Shown: positions 50,059 to 64,000, numbered from the stretch's first letter. The stretch is DNA of 64,000 bases from the human T2T-CHM13v2.0 reference genome, Homo sapiens (GCF_009914755.1 NC_060948.1), one strand, 5' to 3'. Notes: generated by a model from the sequence alone, not told the origin. Numbers and translations: made by a program.

Positions 50059-53000
50059 ATGGAATCGAACCACAAGGAATGGACAGGAATAGAATGGTCT
50101 CGAATTGAATGGAATCGTATGGAATGGCATCAAACGGAATGGAATGGACAGCCACGGAATGGAATGCACTCGAATGCAATGGAGTCGAAAGTAACGGACT
50201 GGAATAGAATGGACTCGACTGGTACGGACTCCAATGGAATGGAATCGAATGGAAGGGAATCGAACGGAATGGACTCGAAGGGAAAAGACTGCAATGGAAA
50301 GGTCTCGAATGGAATGGAAATTAATGGAATGGAATGGAGTCGAATGAAATGGAGTCAAAAGGAATGGAATCGAATGGCAAGAAATCGAATGTAATGGAAT
50401 CGCAAGGAATTGATGTGAACGGAACGGAATGGAATGGAATCCAAAGGAATGGAATAGAATGGAATGGAATCGAATGGAAAGGACTCGAATGGAAATCACT
50501 CGAATAGAATGCAATTTAATAAAATAGGATCAAATGTAATGGAATGGAATGGAAAGGAATCGAAACGAAAGGAATGGAGACAGATGGAATGGAATGGAAC
50601 AGAGAGCAATGGTATAGAATGGAATGGAATCATCTGGAATGGAATTGAATGGAATGGAATAATATGAAATGGAATGGAATGGAATGGAATGGAATGCCCT
50701 TGAATTAAATGGACTGGAATGGAATGGACTCAAACAGAGTGGAATGGAAAGTGTGGAGATAGAATGGAATGAACTCCTTTGGAATGGTCTAGTAGGCAAT
50801 GCAATCGACTGACAGGGAATCAAAAGGAATGTAATCGAATGGATTGGACTGGAATGCAATGGACTCGAATAGATTGGAAACGGAATGCAAAGAATGGAAT
50901 GGAATAGTATGGAATGGAATGGAAAGGAATGGAGTGCAACAGACTAGAGTGGAATGGAATGGACTGGAAAGCAATGGACTGGAATGGAACTTTCTTGAAT
51001 GGACTGGAATCAAACGGAATGGAATGCAATGCAATCAAATGGCATGGAATAAAATAGAATGAAAGAGAATCAAATGGAATTGAATCGAATGGAATCGAAT
51101 GGATTGGAAAGGAATAGAATGGAATGAAATGGAATTGACTCAAATGGAATGGACTAGAATGGAATGGATTCGAATGGAAGGCAAAGGAATGGAATCTATT
51201 GGAATGGACTGTAATGGAATGGAATGGAAGGGATTGGAATGGACTCGAATGGAATGGACTGCAATAGAAAGGATTCGAATGGAATGAAAAAGAATTGAAT
51301 GGAATAGAACAGAATGGAATCAAATCGAATGAAATGGAATGGAATAGAAAGGAATGGAATGAAATGGAATGGAAAGGATTCGAATGGAATGCAATCGAAT
51401 GGAATGGAATCGAACGGAATGGAATAAAATGGAAGAAAACTGGCAAGAAATGGAATCGAAATGAATGGAGTGTTATGGAATGGACTCAAAAGGAATTGAA
51501 TGTAATAGAATGGAGTGGAGTGGACTCGAATATAATGGACTGGAATGGAATGAAATCACATGGAATGGGAACGAATGGAATGGAATGGAAAGGAATGGAA
51601 TCGAATGGAAAGGAATCGAATGGAAGGGAATGAAATTGAATCAACAGGAATGGAAGGGAATAGAATAGACGGTAATGGAATGGACTCGAATAGAATGGAC
51701 ACGAATGCTCAAATTAAATGGACTCGAATGGAATGGAAACGAAAGGAATGTCATCGAATGGAATTGAATCGATTGGAATGAAATCGCATAGAATGGAGTG
51801 GAATCAAATGGAATTGAATCGAAAGGAAAGGAAGCGAATGGACTGAAATGAAATGGAATGGAATTGAATGGAAAGTAATGCAATGGAATAGAATGGAACG
51901 AAATTTCACGGAATGGAATCAAACTGAATGGAATCAAATCAATGGAATCAAATCAAATGGAATGGAAAGGAATTGAATGGAGTAGATGGGATTGGATGGG
52001 ATTGGAATGAAATGTACTGGAAAGGACTCGAATTTCATGAAACGGAATGGAATGAATTGGAACGGAATGGACTCGAATGGAATGGAATGTCATGGGATGG
52101 CATCAAATGGAATGGCATCAAATGGAATGGAATCGAATGCAATGGAATGCTATGGAATGGAATGGAATGCATTGGAATGGAATGTCCTCTAATGGAATGG
52201 ATTCGAGTGGAATGGAATTGAATATAATGGAGTCGAATGAAATGGAATTGAAAGGAATGGGATCGAATACAATGGAATATACTGGAATGTAACGTAATGA
52301 ACTCGAATGTAATTGACTGGAATGGAATGTACATGAATGGAATGTAATCGAATGGAAAGTAATCCAATGGAATAGAATCTAATGCAATAAAATCGACTCA
52401 GATAGAGTAGAATGTAATGGAATGGAGTGCAGTGCAATGGAATGGAATGGAATGGAATGCAATGGAATGGAATGGAATGGAATGGAATGGAATGGAATGG
52501 GATGGAATGGTATGGAATGGATAGTAATGGACTGGAGTGAAATGGACTGGAAAGGAATGGACTCAAATTGAAAGGTCTCGAAAGGAATGGAGTCAAATGG
52601 AATGGTCTGGAATGGAATGAACACGAATGTAATGCAACCCAATAGAATGGAATCGAATGGCATGGAATATAAAGAAATGGAATCGAAGAGAATGGAAACA
52701 AATGGAATGGAATTGAATGGAATGGAATTGAATGGAATGGGAACGAATGGAGTGAAATTGTATGCAGTAGAAGAGAATAGAATGGAATGCAAGCGAAAGG
52801 AAAGGAATGGATTGGAATGGAATGGAATTCATTGGAATGGAAGGGAATGTAGTGTAATGGACAGGCCTGGAATAAAGTGGAATGCTACGGTCTCGAATGG
52901 AATAAAAATGTATGGAATGGAATGCAATGAAACGGAATCGAATGTCATAGAATGTAACGGAATGCAAAAAAATGGAATCCAAAATCATTGACTGGAAAGG

Positions 53001-56000
53001 CTGGGTGTCGAAAGGAATTGACTCCAATGGAATGGAATCGAATGGAATGGAAGTGAATAGAATCGAACTAAATCGAATGGAATGGAATTGATAGGAACGG
53101 AATGGAAAGGAATGCAATGATTTGGCATGGAATGGAATCGAATGGCATCGAATGGAATGGAATGGAATGCAATGGAATGGAATGTATTAGAATGTAATGA
53201 ACTTTAATGGAATGTACTCGAATGGATTCGACTGGAATGGAATGTTCTGGAAGTGAATGGACTCCAATGGAATGGATTCAAAAGGAATGGAATCGTACGG
53301 AATGGAATCTAATGGAATGGAATTAAATGGAAATGAATCAAATTGAATAGCACGGAATTGAATTGAATGGAATGGAATGCAATGGAATCTAATGAAACGG
53401 AAAGGAAAGGAATGGAATGGAATGGAATGGGCTGGAATGGAAAGGAATCGAAACGAATGGAATGGAATCGAAGTGAAGAGACTGGAATGGAATGCACTGG
53501 AATGGAAGGGAGTGTAATGGAAGGTTCTCGAAAAAAATGGAATCGAATGGAATGGAATTGAATGGAACGGAATAGAGTCGAATGGAATTGAATGGAATGG
53601 AATGGACTAGAGTGAAATGGAATCGAACCACAAGGAATGGACAGGAATAGAATGGTCTCGAATTGAATGGAATCGTATGGAATGGCATCAAACGGAATGG
53701 AATGGACAGCCACGGAATGGAATGCACTCGAATGCAATGGAGTCGAAAGTAACGGACTGGAATAGAATGGACTCGACTGGTACGGACTCCAATGGAATGG
53801 AATCGAATGGAAGGGAATCGAACGGAATGGACTCGAAGGGAAAAGACTGCAATGGAAAGGTCTCGAATGGAATGGAAATTAATGGAATGGAATGGAGTCG
53901 AATGAAATGGAGTCAAAAGGAATGGAATCGAATGGCAAGAAATCGAATGTAATGGAATCGCAAGGAATTGATGTGAACGGAACGGAATGGAATGGAATCC
54001 AAAGGAATGGAATAGAATGGAATGGAATCGAATGGAAAGGACTCGAATGGAAATCACTCGAATAGAATGCAATTTAATAAAATAGGATCAAATGTAATGG
54101 AATGGAATGGAAAGGAATCGAAACGAAAGGAATGGAGACAGATGGAATGGAATGGAACAGAGAGCAATGGTATAGAATGGAATGGAATCATCTGGAATGG
54201 AATTGAATGGAATGGAATAATATGAAATGGAATGGAATGGAATGGAATGGAATGCCCTTGAATTAAATGGACTGGAATGGAATGGACTCAAACAGAGTGG
54301 AATGGAAAGTGTGGAGATAGAATGGAATGAACTCCTTTGGAATGGTCTAGTAGGCAATGCAATCGACTGACAGGGAATCAAAAGGAATGTAATCGAATGG
54401 ATTGGACTGGAATGCAATGGACTCGAATAGATTGGAAACGGAATGCAAAGAATGGAATGGAATAGTATGGAATGGAATGGAAAGGAATGGAGTGCAACAG
54501 ACTAGAGTGGAATGGAATGGACTGGAAAGCAATGGACTGGAATGGAACTTTCTTGAATGGACTGGAATCAAACGGAATGGAATGCAATGCAATCAAATGG
54601 CATGGAATAAAATAGAATGAAAGAGAATCAAATGGAATTGAATCGAATGGAATCGAATGGATTGGAAAGGAATAGAATGGAATGAAATGGAATTGACTCA
54701 AATGGAATGGACTAGAATGGAATGGATTCGAATGGAAGGCAAAGGAATGGAATCTATTGGAATGGACTGTAATGGAATGGAATGGAAGGGATTGGAATGG
54801 ACTCGAATGGAATGGACTGCAATAGAAAGGATTCGAATGGAATGAAAAAGAATTGAATGGAATAGAACAGAATGGAATCAAATCGAATGAAATGGAATGG
54901 AATAGAAAGGAATGGAATGAAATGGAATGGAAAGGATTCGAATGGAATGCAATCGAATGGAATGGAATCGAACGGAATGGAATAAAATGGAAGAAAACTG
55001 GCAAGAAATGGAATCGAAATGAATGGAGTGTTATGGAATGGACTCAAAAGGAATTGAATGTAATAGAATGGAGTGGAGTGGACTCGAATATAATGGACTG
55101 GAATGGAATGAAATCACATGGAATGGGAACGAATGGAATGGAATGGAAAGGAATGGAATCGAATGGAAAGGAATCGAATGGAAGGGAATGAAATTGAATC
55201 AACAGGAATGGAAGGGAATAGAATAGACGGTAATGGAATGGACTCGAATAGAATGGACACGAATGCTCAAATTAAATGGACTCGAATGGAATGGAAACGA
55301 AAGGAATGTCATCGAATGGAATTGAATCGATTGGAATGAAATCGCATAGAATGGAGTGGAATCAAATGGAATTGAATCGAAAGGAAAGGAAGCGAATGGA
55401 CTGAAATGAAATGGAATGGAATTGAATGGAAAGTAATGCAATGGAATAGAATGGAACGAAATTTCACGGAATGGAATCAAACTGAATGGAATCAAATCAA
55501 TGGAATCAAATCAAATGGAATGGAAAGGAATTGAATGGAGTAGATGGGATTGGATGGGATTGGAATGAAATGTACTGGAAAGGACTCGAATTTCATGAAA
55601 CGGAATGGAATGAATTGGAACGGAATGGACTCGAATGGAATGGAATGTCATGGGATGGCATCAAATGGAATGGCATCAAATGGAATGGAATCGAATGCAA
55701 TGGAATGCTATGGAATGGAATGGAATGCATTGGAATGGAATGTCCTCTAATGGAATGGATTCGAGTGGAATGGAATTGAATATAATGGAGTCGAATGAAA
55801 TGGAATTGAAAGGAATGGGATCGAATACAATGGAATATACTGGAATGTAACGTAATGAACTCGAATGTAATTGACTGGAATGGAATGTACATGAATGGAA
55901 TGTAATCGAATGGAAAGTAATCCAATGGAATAGAATCTAATGCAATAAAATCGACTCAGATAGAGTAGAATGTAATGGAATGGAGTGCAGTGCAATGGAA

Positions 56001-59000
56001 TGGAATGGAATGGAATGCAATGGAATGGAATGGAATGGAATGGAATGGAATGGAATGGAATGGAATGGAATGGAATGGAATGGAATGGGATGGAATGGTA
56101 TGGAATGGATAGTAATGGACTGGAGTGAAATGGACTGGAAAGGAATGGACTCAAATTGAAAGGTCTCGAAAGGAATGGAGTCAAATGGAATGGTCTGGAA
56201 TGGAATGAACACGAATGTAATGCAACCCAATAGAATGGAATCGAATGGCATGGAATATAAAGAAATGGAATCGAAGAGAATGGAAACAAATGGAATGGAA
56301 TTGAATGGAATGGAATTGAATGGAATGGGAACGAATGGAGTGAAATTGTATGCAGTAGAAGAGAATAGAATGGAATGCAAGCGAAAGGAAAGGAATGGAT
56401 TGGAATGGAATGGAATTCATTGGAATGGAAGGGAATGTAGTGTAATGGACAGGCCTGGAATAAAGTGGAATGCTACGGTCTCGAATGGAATAAAAATGTA
56501 TGGAATGGAATGCAATGAAACGGAATCGAATGTCATAGAATGTAACGGAATGCAAAAAAATGGAATCCAAAATCATTGACTGGAAAGGCTGGGTGTCGAA
56601 AGGAATTGACTCCAATGGAATGGAATCGAATGGAATGGAAGTGAATAGAATCGAACTAAATCGAATGGAATGGAATTGATAGGAACGGAATGGAAAGGAA
56701 TGCAATGATTTGGCATGGAATGGAATCGAATGGCATCGAATGGAATGGAATGGAATGCAATGGAATGGAATGTATTAGAATGTAATGAACTTTAATGGAA
56801 TGTACTCGAATGGATTCGACTGGAATGGAATGTTCTGGAAGTGAATGGACTCCAATGGAATGGATTCAAAAGGAATGGAATCGTACGGAATGGAATCTAA
56901 TGGAATGGAATTAAATGGAAATGAATCAAATTGAATAGCACGGAATTGAATTGAATGGAATGGAATGCAATGGAATCTAATGAAACGGAAAGGAAAGGAA
57001 TGGAATGGAATGGAATGGGCTGGAATGGAAAGGAATCGAAACGAATGGAATGGAATCGAAGTGAAGAGACTGGAATGGAATGCACTGGAATGGAAGGGAG
57101 TGTAATGGAAGGTTCTCGAAAAAAATGGAATCGAATGGAATGGAATTGAATGGAACGGAATAGAGTCGAATGGAATTGAATGGAATGGAATGGACTAGAG
57201 TGAAATGGAATCGAACCACAAGGAATGGACAGGAATAGAATGGTCTCGAATTGAATGGAATCGTATGGAATGGCATCAAACGGAATGGAATGGACAGCCA
57301 CGGAATGGAATGCACTCGAATGCAATGGAGTCGAAACTAACGGACTGGAATAGAATGGACTCGACTGGTACGGACTCCAATGGAATGGAATCGAATGGAA
57401 CGGAATCGAACGGAATGGACTCGAAGGGAAAAGACTGCAATGGAAAGGTCTCGAATGGAATGGAAATTAATGGAATGGAATGGAGTCGAATGAAATGGAG
57501 TCAAAAGGAATGGAATCGAATGGCAAGAAATCGAATGTAATGGAATCGCAAGGAATTGATGTGAACGGAACGGAATGGAATGGAATCCAAAGGAATGGAA
57601 TAGAATGGAATGGAATCGAATGGAAAGGACTCGAATGGAAATCACTCGAATAGAATGCAATTTAATAAAATAGGATCAAATGTAATGGAATGGAATGGAA
57701 AGGAATCGAAACGAAAGGAATGGAGACAGATGGAATGGAATGGAACAGAGAGCAATGGTATAGAATGGAATGGAATCATCTGGAATGGAATTGAATGGAA
57801 TGGAATAATATGAAATGGAATGGAATGGAATGGAATGGAATGCCCTTGAATTAAATGGACTGGAATGGAATGGACTCAAACAGAGTGGAATGGAAAGTGT
57901 GGAGATAGAATGGAATGAACTCCTTTGGAATGGTCTAGTAGGCAATGCAATCGACTGGCAGGGAATCAAAAGGAATGTAATCGAATGGATTGGACTGGAA
58001 TGCAATGGACTCGAATAGATTGGAAACGGAATGCAAAGAATGGAATGGAATAGTATGGAATGGAATGGAAAGGAATGGAGTGCAACAGACTAGAGGGAAT
58101 GGAATGGACTGGAAAGCAATGGACTGGAATGGAACTTTCTTGAATGGACTGGAATCAAACGGAATGGAATGCAATGCAATCAAATGGCATGGAATAAAAT
58201 AGAATGAAAGAGAATCAAATGGAATTGAAACGAATGGAATCGAATGGATTGGAAAGGAATAGAATGGAATGAAATGGAATTGACTCAAATTGAATGGACT
58301 AGCATGGAATGGATTCGAATGGAAGGCAAAGGAATGGAATCTATTGGAATGGACTGTAATGGAATGGAATGGAAGGGATTGGAATGGACTCGAATGGAAT
58401 GGACTGCAATAGAAAGGATTCGAATGGAATGAAAAAGAATTGAATGGAATAGAACAGAATGGAATCAAATCGAATGAAATGGAATGGAATAGAAAGGAAT
58501 GGAATGAAATGGAATGGAAAGGATTCGAATGGAATGCAATCGAATGGAATGGAATCGAACGGAATGGAATAAAATGGAAGAAAACTGGCAAGAAATGGAA
58601 TCGAAATGAATGGAGTGTTATGGAATGGACTCAAAAGGAATTGAATGTAATAGAATGGAGTGGAGTGGACTCGAATATAATGGACTGGAATGGAATGAAA
58701 TCACATGGAATGGGAACGAATGGAATGGAATGGAAAGGAATGGAATCGAATGGAAAGGAATCGAATGGAAGGGAATGAAATTGAATCAACAGGAATGGAA
58801 GGGAATAGAATAGACGGTAATGGAATGGACTCGAATAGAATGGACACGAATGCTCAAATTAAATGGACTCGAATGGAATGGAAACGAAAGGAATGTCATC
58901 GAATGGAATTGAATCGATTGGAATGAAATCGCATAGAATGGAGTGGAATCAAATGGAATTGAATCGAAAGGAAAGGAAGCGAATGGACTGAAATGAAATG

Positions 59001-60776
59001 GAATGGAATTGAATGGAAAGTAATGCAATGGAATAGAATGGAACGAAATTTCACGGAATGGAATCAAACTGAATGGAATCAAATCAATGGAATCAAATCA
59101 AATGGAATGGAAAGGAATTGAATGGAGTAGATGGGATTGGATGGGATTGGAATGAAATGTACTGGAAAGGACTCGAATTTCATGAAACGGAATGGAATGA
59201 ATTGGAACGGAATGGACTCGAATGGAATGGAATGTCATGGGATGGCATCAAATGGAATGGCATCAAATGGAATGGAATCGAATGCAATGGAATGCTATGG
59301 AATGGAATGGAATGCATTGGAATGGAATGTCCTCTAATGGAATGGATTCGAGTGGAATGGAATTGAATATAATGGAGTCGAATGAAATGGAATTGAAAGG
59401 AATGGGATCGAATACAATGGAATATACTGGAATGTAACGTAATGAACTCGAATGTAATTGACTGGAATGGAATGTACATGAATGGAATGTAATCGAATGG
59501 AAAGTAATCCAATGGAATAGAATCTAATGCAATAAAATCGACTCAGATAGAGTAGAATGTAATGGAATGGAGTGCAGTGCAATGGAATGGAATGGAATGG
59601 AATGCAATGGAATGGAATGGAATGGAATGGAATGGAATGGAATGGAATGGAATGGAATGGGATGGAATGGTATGGAATGGATAGTAATGGACTGGAGTGA
59701 AATGGACTGGAAAGGAATGGACTCAAATTGAAAGGTCTCGAAAGGAATGGAGTCAAATGGAATGGTCTGGAATGGAATGAACACGAATGTAATGCAACCC
59801 AATAGAATGGAATCGAATGGCATGGAATATAAAGAAATGGAATCGAAGAGAATGGAAACAAATGGAATGGAATTGAATGGAATGGAATTGAATGGAATGG
59901 GAACGAATGGAGTGAAATTGTATGCAGTAGAAGAGAATAGAATGGAATGCAAGCGAAAGGAAAGGAATGGATTGGAATGGAATGGAATTCATTGGAATGG
60001 AAGGGAATGTAGTGTAATGGACAGGCCTGGAATAAAGTGGAATGCTACGGTCTCGAATGGAATAAAAATGTATGGAATGGAATGCAATGAAACGGAATCG
60101 AATGTCATAGAATGTAACGGAATGCAAAAAAATGGAATCCAAAATCATTGACTGGAAAGGCTGGGTGTCGAAAGGAATTGACTCCAATGGAATGGAATCG
60201 AATGGAATGGAAGTGAATAGAATCGAACTAAATCGAATGGAATGGAATTGATAGGAACGGAATGGAAAGGAATGCAATGATTTGGCATGGAATGGAATCG
60301 AATGGCATCGAATGGAATGGAATGGAATGCAATGGAATGGAATGTATTAGAATGTAATGAACTTTAATGGAATGTACTCGAATGGATTCGACTGGAATGG
60401 AATGTTCTGGAAGTGAATGGACTCCAATGGAATGGATTCAAAAGGAATGGAATCGTACGGAATGGAATCTAATGGAATGGAATTAAATGGAAATGAATCA
60501 AATTGAATAGCACGGAATTGAATTGAATGGAATGGAATGCAATGGAATCTAATGAAACGGAAAGGAAAGGAATGGAATGGAATGGAATGGGCTGGAATGG
60601 AAAGGAATCGAAACGAATGGAATGGAATCGAACTGAAGAGACTGGAATGGAATGCACTGGAATGGAAGGGAGTGTAATGGAAGGTTCTCGAAAAAAATGG
60701 AATCGAATGGAATGGAATTGAATGGAACGGAATAGAGTCGAATGGAATTGAATGGAATGGAATGGACTAGAGTGAA
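50059..60776 (+). repeat. DYZ1 units U15-U17 (3558, 3588, 3572 bp), recently triplicated mosaic monomer
   Basis: Shared private alleles AACGGACT, GGTCTAGTAGGC, GCAAAGAATGG (1-bp deletion), GGAGTGCAAC and AATGTAACGG. Confidence 0.9.
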
Positions 60777-63700
60777 ATGGAATCGAACCACAAGGAATGG
60801 ACAGGAATAGAATGGTCTCGAATTGAATGGAATCGTATGGAATGGCATCAAACGGAATGGAATGGACAGCCACGGAATGGAATGCACTCGAATGCAATGG
60901 AGTCGAAACTAACGGACTGGAATAGAATGGACTCGACTGGTACGGACTCCAATGGAATGGAATCGAATGGAAGGGAATCGAACGGAATGGACTCGAAGGG
61001 AAAAGACTGCAATGGAAAGGTCTCGAATGGAATGGAAATTAATGGAATGGAATGGAGTCGAATGAAATGGAGTCAAAAGGAATGGAATCGAATGGCAAGA
61101 AATCGAATGTAATGGAATCGCAAGGAATTGATGTGAACGGAACGGAATGGAATGGAATCCAAAGGAATGGAATAGAATGGAATGGAATCGAATGGAAAGG
61201 ACTCGAATGGAAATCACTCGAATAGAATGCAATTTAATAAAATAGGATCAAATGTAATGGAATGGAATGGAAAGGAATCGAAACGAAAGGAATGGAGACA
61301 GATGGAATGGAATGGAACAGAGAGCAATGGTATAGAATGGAATGGAATCATCTGGAATGGAATTGAATGGAATGGAATAATATGAAATGGAATGGAATGG
61401 AATGGAATGGAATGGAATGAACTTGAATTAAATGGACTGGAATGGAATGGACTCGAACAGAGTGGAATGGAAAGTGTTGAGATAGAATGGAATGGACTCC
61501 TTTGGAATGGTGTAGTATGCAATGCAATCGACTGGCAGGGAATCAAAAGGAATGTAATCGAATGGATTGGACTGGAATGCAATGGACTCGAATAGATTGG
61601 AAACGGAATGCAAAGGAATGGAATGGAATAGTATGGAATGGAATGGAAAGGAATGGAGTGGAATAGACTAGAGTGGAATGGAATGGACTGGAAAGCAATG
61701 GACTGGAATGGAACTTTCTTGAAAGGACTGGAATCAAACGGAATGGAATGCAATGCAATCAAATGGCATGGAATAAAATAGAATGAAAGAGAATCAAATG
61801 GAATTGAATCGAATGGAATCGAATGGATTGGAAAGGAATAGAATGGAATGGAATGGAATTGACTCAAATGGAATGGACTAGAATGGAATGGATTCGAATG
61901 GAAGGCAAAGGAATGGAATCTATTGGAATGGACTGTAATGGAATGGAATGGAAGGGATTGGAATGGACTCGAATGGAATGGACTGCAATAGAAAGGATTC
62001 GAATGGAATGAAAAAGAATTGAATGGAATAGAACAGAATGGAATCAAATCGAATGAAATGGAATGGAATAGAAAGGAATGGAATGAAATGGAATGGAAAG
62101 GATTCGAATGGAATGCAATCGAATGGAATGGAATCGAACGGAATGGAATAAAATGGAAGAAAACTGGCAAGAAATGGAATCGAAATGAATGGAGTGTTAT
62201 GGAACGGACTCAAAAGGAATTGAATGTAATAGAATGGAGTGGAGTGGACTCGAATATAATGGACTGGAATGGAATGAAATCACATGGAATGGGAACGAAT
62301 GGAATGGAATGGAAAGGAATGGAATCGAATGGAAAGGAATCGAATGGAAGGGAATGAAATTGAATCAACAGGAATGGAAGGGAATAGAATAGACGGTAAT
62401 GGAATGGACTCGAATAGAATGGACACGAATGCTCAAATTGAATGGACTCGAATGGAATGGAAACGAAAGGAATGTCATCGAATGGAATTGAATCGATTGG
62501 AATGAAATCGCATAGAATGGAGTGGAATCAAATGGAATTGAATCGAAAGGAAAGGAAGCGAATGGACTGAAATGAAATGGAATGGAATTGAATGGAAAGT
62601 AATGCAATGGAATAGAATGGAACGAAATTTCACGGAATGGAATCAAACTGAATGGAATCAAATCAATGGAATCAAATCAAATGGAATGGAAAGGAATTGA
62701 ATGGAGTAGATTGGATTGGATGGGATTGGAATGAAATGTACTGGAAAGGACTCGAATTTCATGAAACGGAATGGAATGAATTGGAACGGAATGGACTCGA
62801 ATGGAATGGAATGTCATGGAATGGCATCAAATGGAATGGCATCAAATGGAATGGAATCGAATGCAATGGAATGCTATGGAATGGAATGGAATGCATTGGA
62901 ATGGAATGTCCTCTAATGGAATGGATTCGAGTGGAATGGAATCGAATATAATGGAGTCGAATGAAATGGAATTGAAAGGAATGGGATCGAATACAATGGA
63001 ATATACTGGAATGTAATGTAATGAACTCGAATGTAATTGACTGGAATGGAATGTACATGAATGGAATGTAATCGAATGGAAAGTAATCCAATGGAATAGA
63101 ATCTAATGCAATAAAATCGACTCAGATAGAGTAGAATGTAATGGAATGGAGTGCAGTGCAATGGAATGGAATGGAATGGAATGCAATGGAATGGAATGGA
63201 ATGGAATGGAATGCAATGGAATGGAATGGAATGGAATGGAATGCAATGGAATGGGATGGAATGGTATGGAATGGATAGTAATGGACTGGAGTGAAATGGA
63301 CTGGAAAGGAATGGACTCAAATTGAAAGGGCTCGAAAGGAATGGAGTCAAATGGAATGGTCTGGAATGGAATGAACACGAATGTAATGCAATCCAATAGA
63401 ATGGAATCGAATGGCATGGAATATAAAGAAATGGAATCGAAGAGAATGGAAACAAATGGAATGGAATTGAATGGAATGGAATTGAATGGAATGGGAATGA
63501 ATGGAGTGAAATTGTATGCAGTAGAAGGGAATAGAATGGAATGCAAGCGAAAGGAAAGGAATGGATTGGAATGGAATGGAATTCATTGGAATGGAAGGGA
63601 ATGTAGTGTAATGGACAGGCCTGGAATAAAGTGGAATGCTACGGTCTCGAATGGAATAAAAATGTATGGAATGGAATGCAATGAAACGGAATCGAATGTC

Positions 63701-64000
63701 ATAGAATGTAATGGAAAGCAAAAAAATGGAATCCAAAATCATTGACTGGAAAGGCTGGGTGTCGAAAGGAATTGACTCCAATGGAATGGAATCGAATGGA
63801 ATGGAAGTGAATAGAATCGAACTAAATCGAATGGAATGGAATTGATAGGAATGGAATGGAAAGGAATGCAATGATTTGGCATGGAATGGAATCGAATGGC
63901 ATCGAATGGAATGGAATGGAATGCAATGGAATGGAATGTATTACAATGTAATGAACTTTAATGGAATGTACTCGAATGGATTCGACTGGAATGGAATGTT
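60777..64000 (+). repeat. DYZ1 unit U18 (partial, runs off the window), mostly subfamily B
   Basis: Starts with U15-U17 alleles and switches to B alleles by ~61450. Confidence 0.85.

Larger units (their letters stand above)
1..64000 (+). repeat. DYZ1: Human Satellite III tandem array, DYZ1 type (Yq12 heterochromatin); degenerate GGAAT pentamers in ~3.56 kb units
   Basis: Continuous GGAAT/CGAAT/GCAAT/GGACT pentamers with a 3525-3594 bp unit period. AGGCCT occurs once per unit (GGCC at 2903, 6435, 9961, 13504, 17083, 20677, 24256, 27841, 31425, 34994, 38574, 42138, 45722, 49306, 52864, 56452, 60024, 63618), with GAATTC 39 bp upstream (e.g. 2864). The 3564 bp HaeIII/EcoRI pentameric unit is the classical DYZ1 definition. 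Confidence 0.95.

Noticed and set aside
77-63871. All other six-frame ORFs as protein-coding genes
   Set aside because: They are low-complexity pentapeptide translations of the satellite, with no recognisable domain or gene context.
1-64000. CRISPR-like repeat-spacer array
   Set aside because: There are no unique spacers; all sequence is degenerate pentamer repeated at 3.56 kb.
1-64000. DYZ2/Alu/L1 insertions or an inversion
   Set aside because: I see no AT-rich DYZ2 or retroelement sequence, and GGAAT polarity never flips.
1-64000. HSat2 or autosomal HSat3 identity
   Set aside because: It lacks the HSat2 ATCATCGAATGG (CATTCGATGAT) pattern as a dominant motif, and the ~3.56 kb single-HaeIII period fits DYZ1.

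Overview
The whole 64 kb window is one uninterrupted array of human Satellite III (HSat3), with degenerate (GGAAT)n on the + strand and (ATTCC)n on the - strand. It is organised as about 18 head-to-tail ~3.56 kb units. Each unit has one HaeIII/StuI site (AGGCCT) and one EcoRI site, and the first unit is exactly 3564 bp. This matches DYZ1 of Yq12 heterochromatin. I see no genes, RNA genes, mobile elements or DYZ2 blocks, and the ORFs are translation artefacts of the pentamer. Anchored on ATGGAATCGAACCA(C)AAG, units U1-U18 start at 77, 3641, 7188, 10713, 14257, 17836, 21430, 25009, 28594, 32178, 35748, 39327, 42891, 46475, 50059, 53617, 57205 and 60777. The interesting signal lies inside the array. 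Each unit carries two perfect heat-shock elements plus a third that depends on subfamily, and one unit has both core elements destroyed by the same C>G change. There is also layered higher-order structure: a 21.35 kb-offset copy, a ~7.16 kb dimer periodicity marked by XbaI, a recent dimer duplication and a monomer triplication. Finally, there are two mosaic subfamilies, a hypervariable internal VNTR, fixed register shifts and indels that are often 15 bp. All comparisons were made by eye, not by alignment software.
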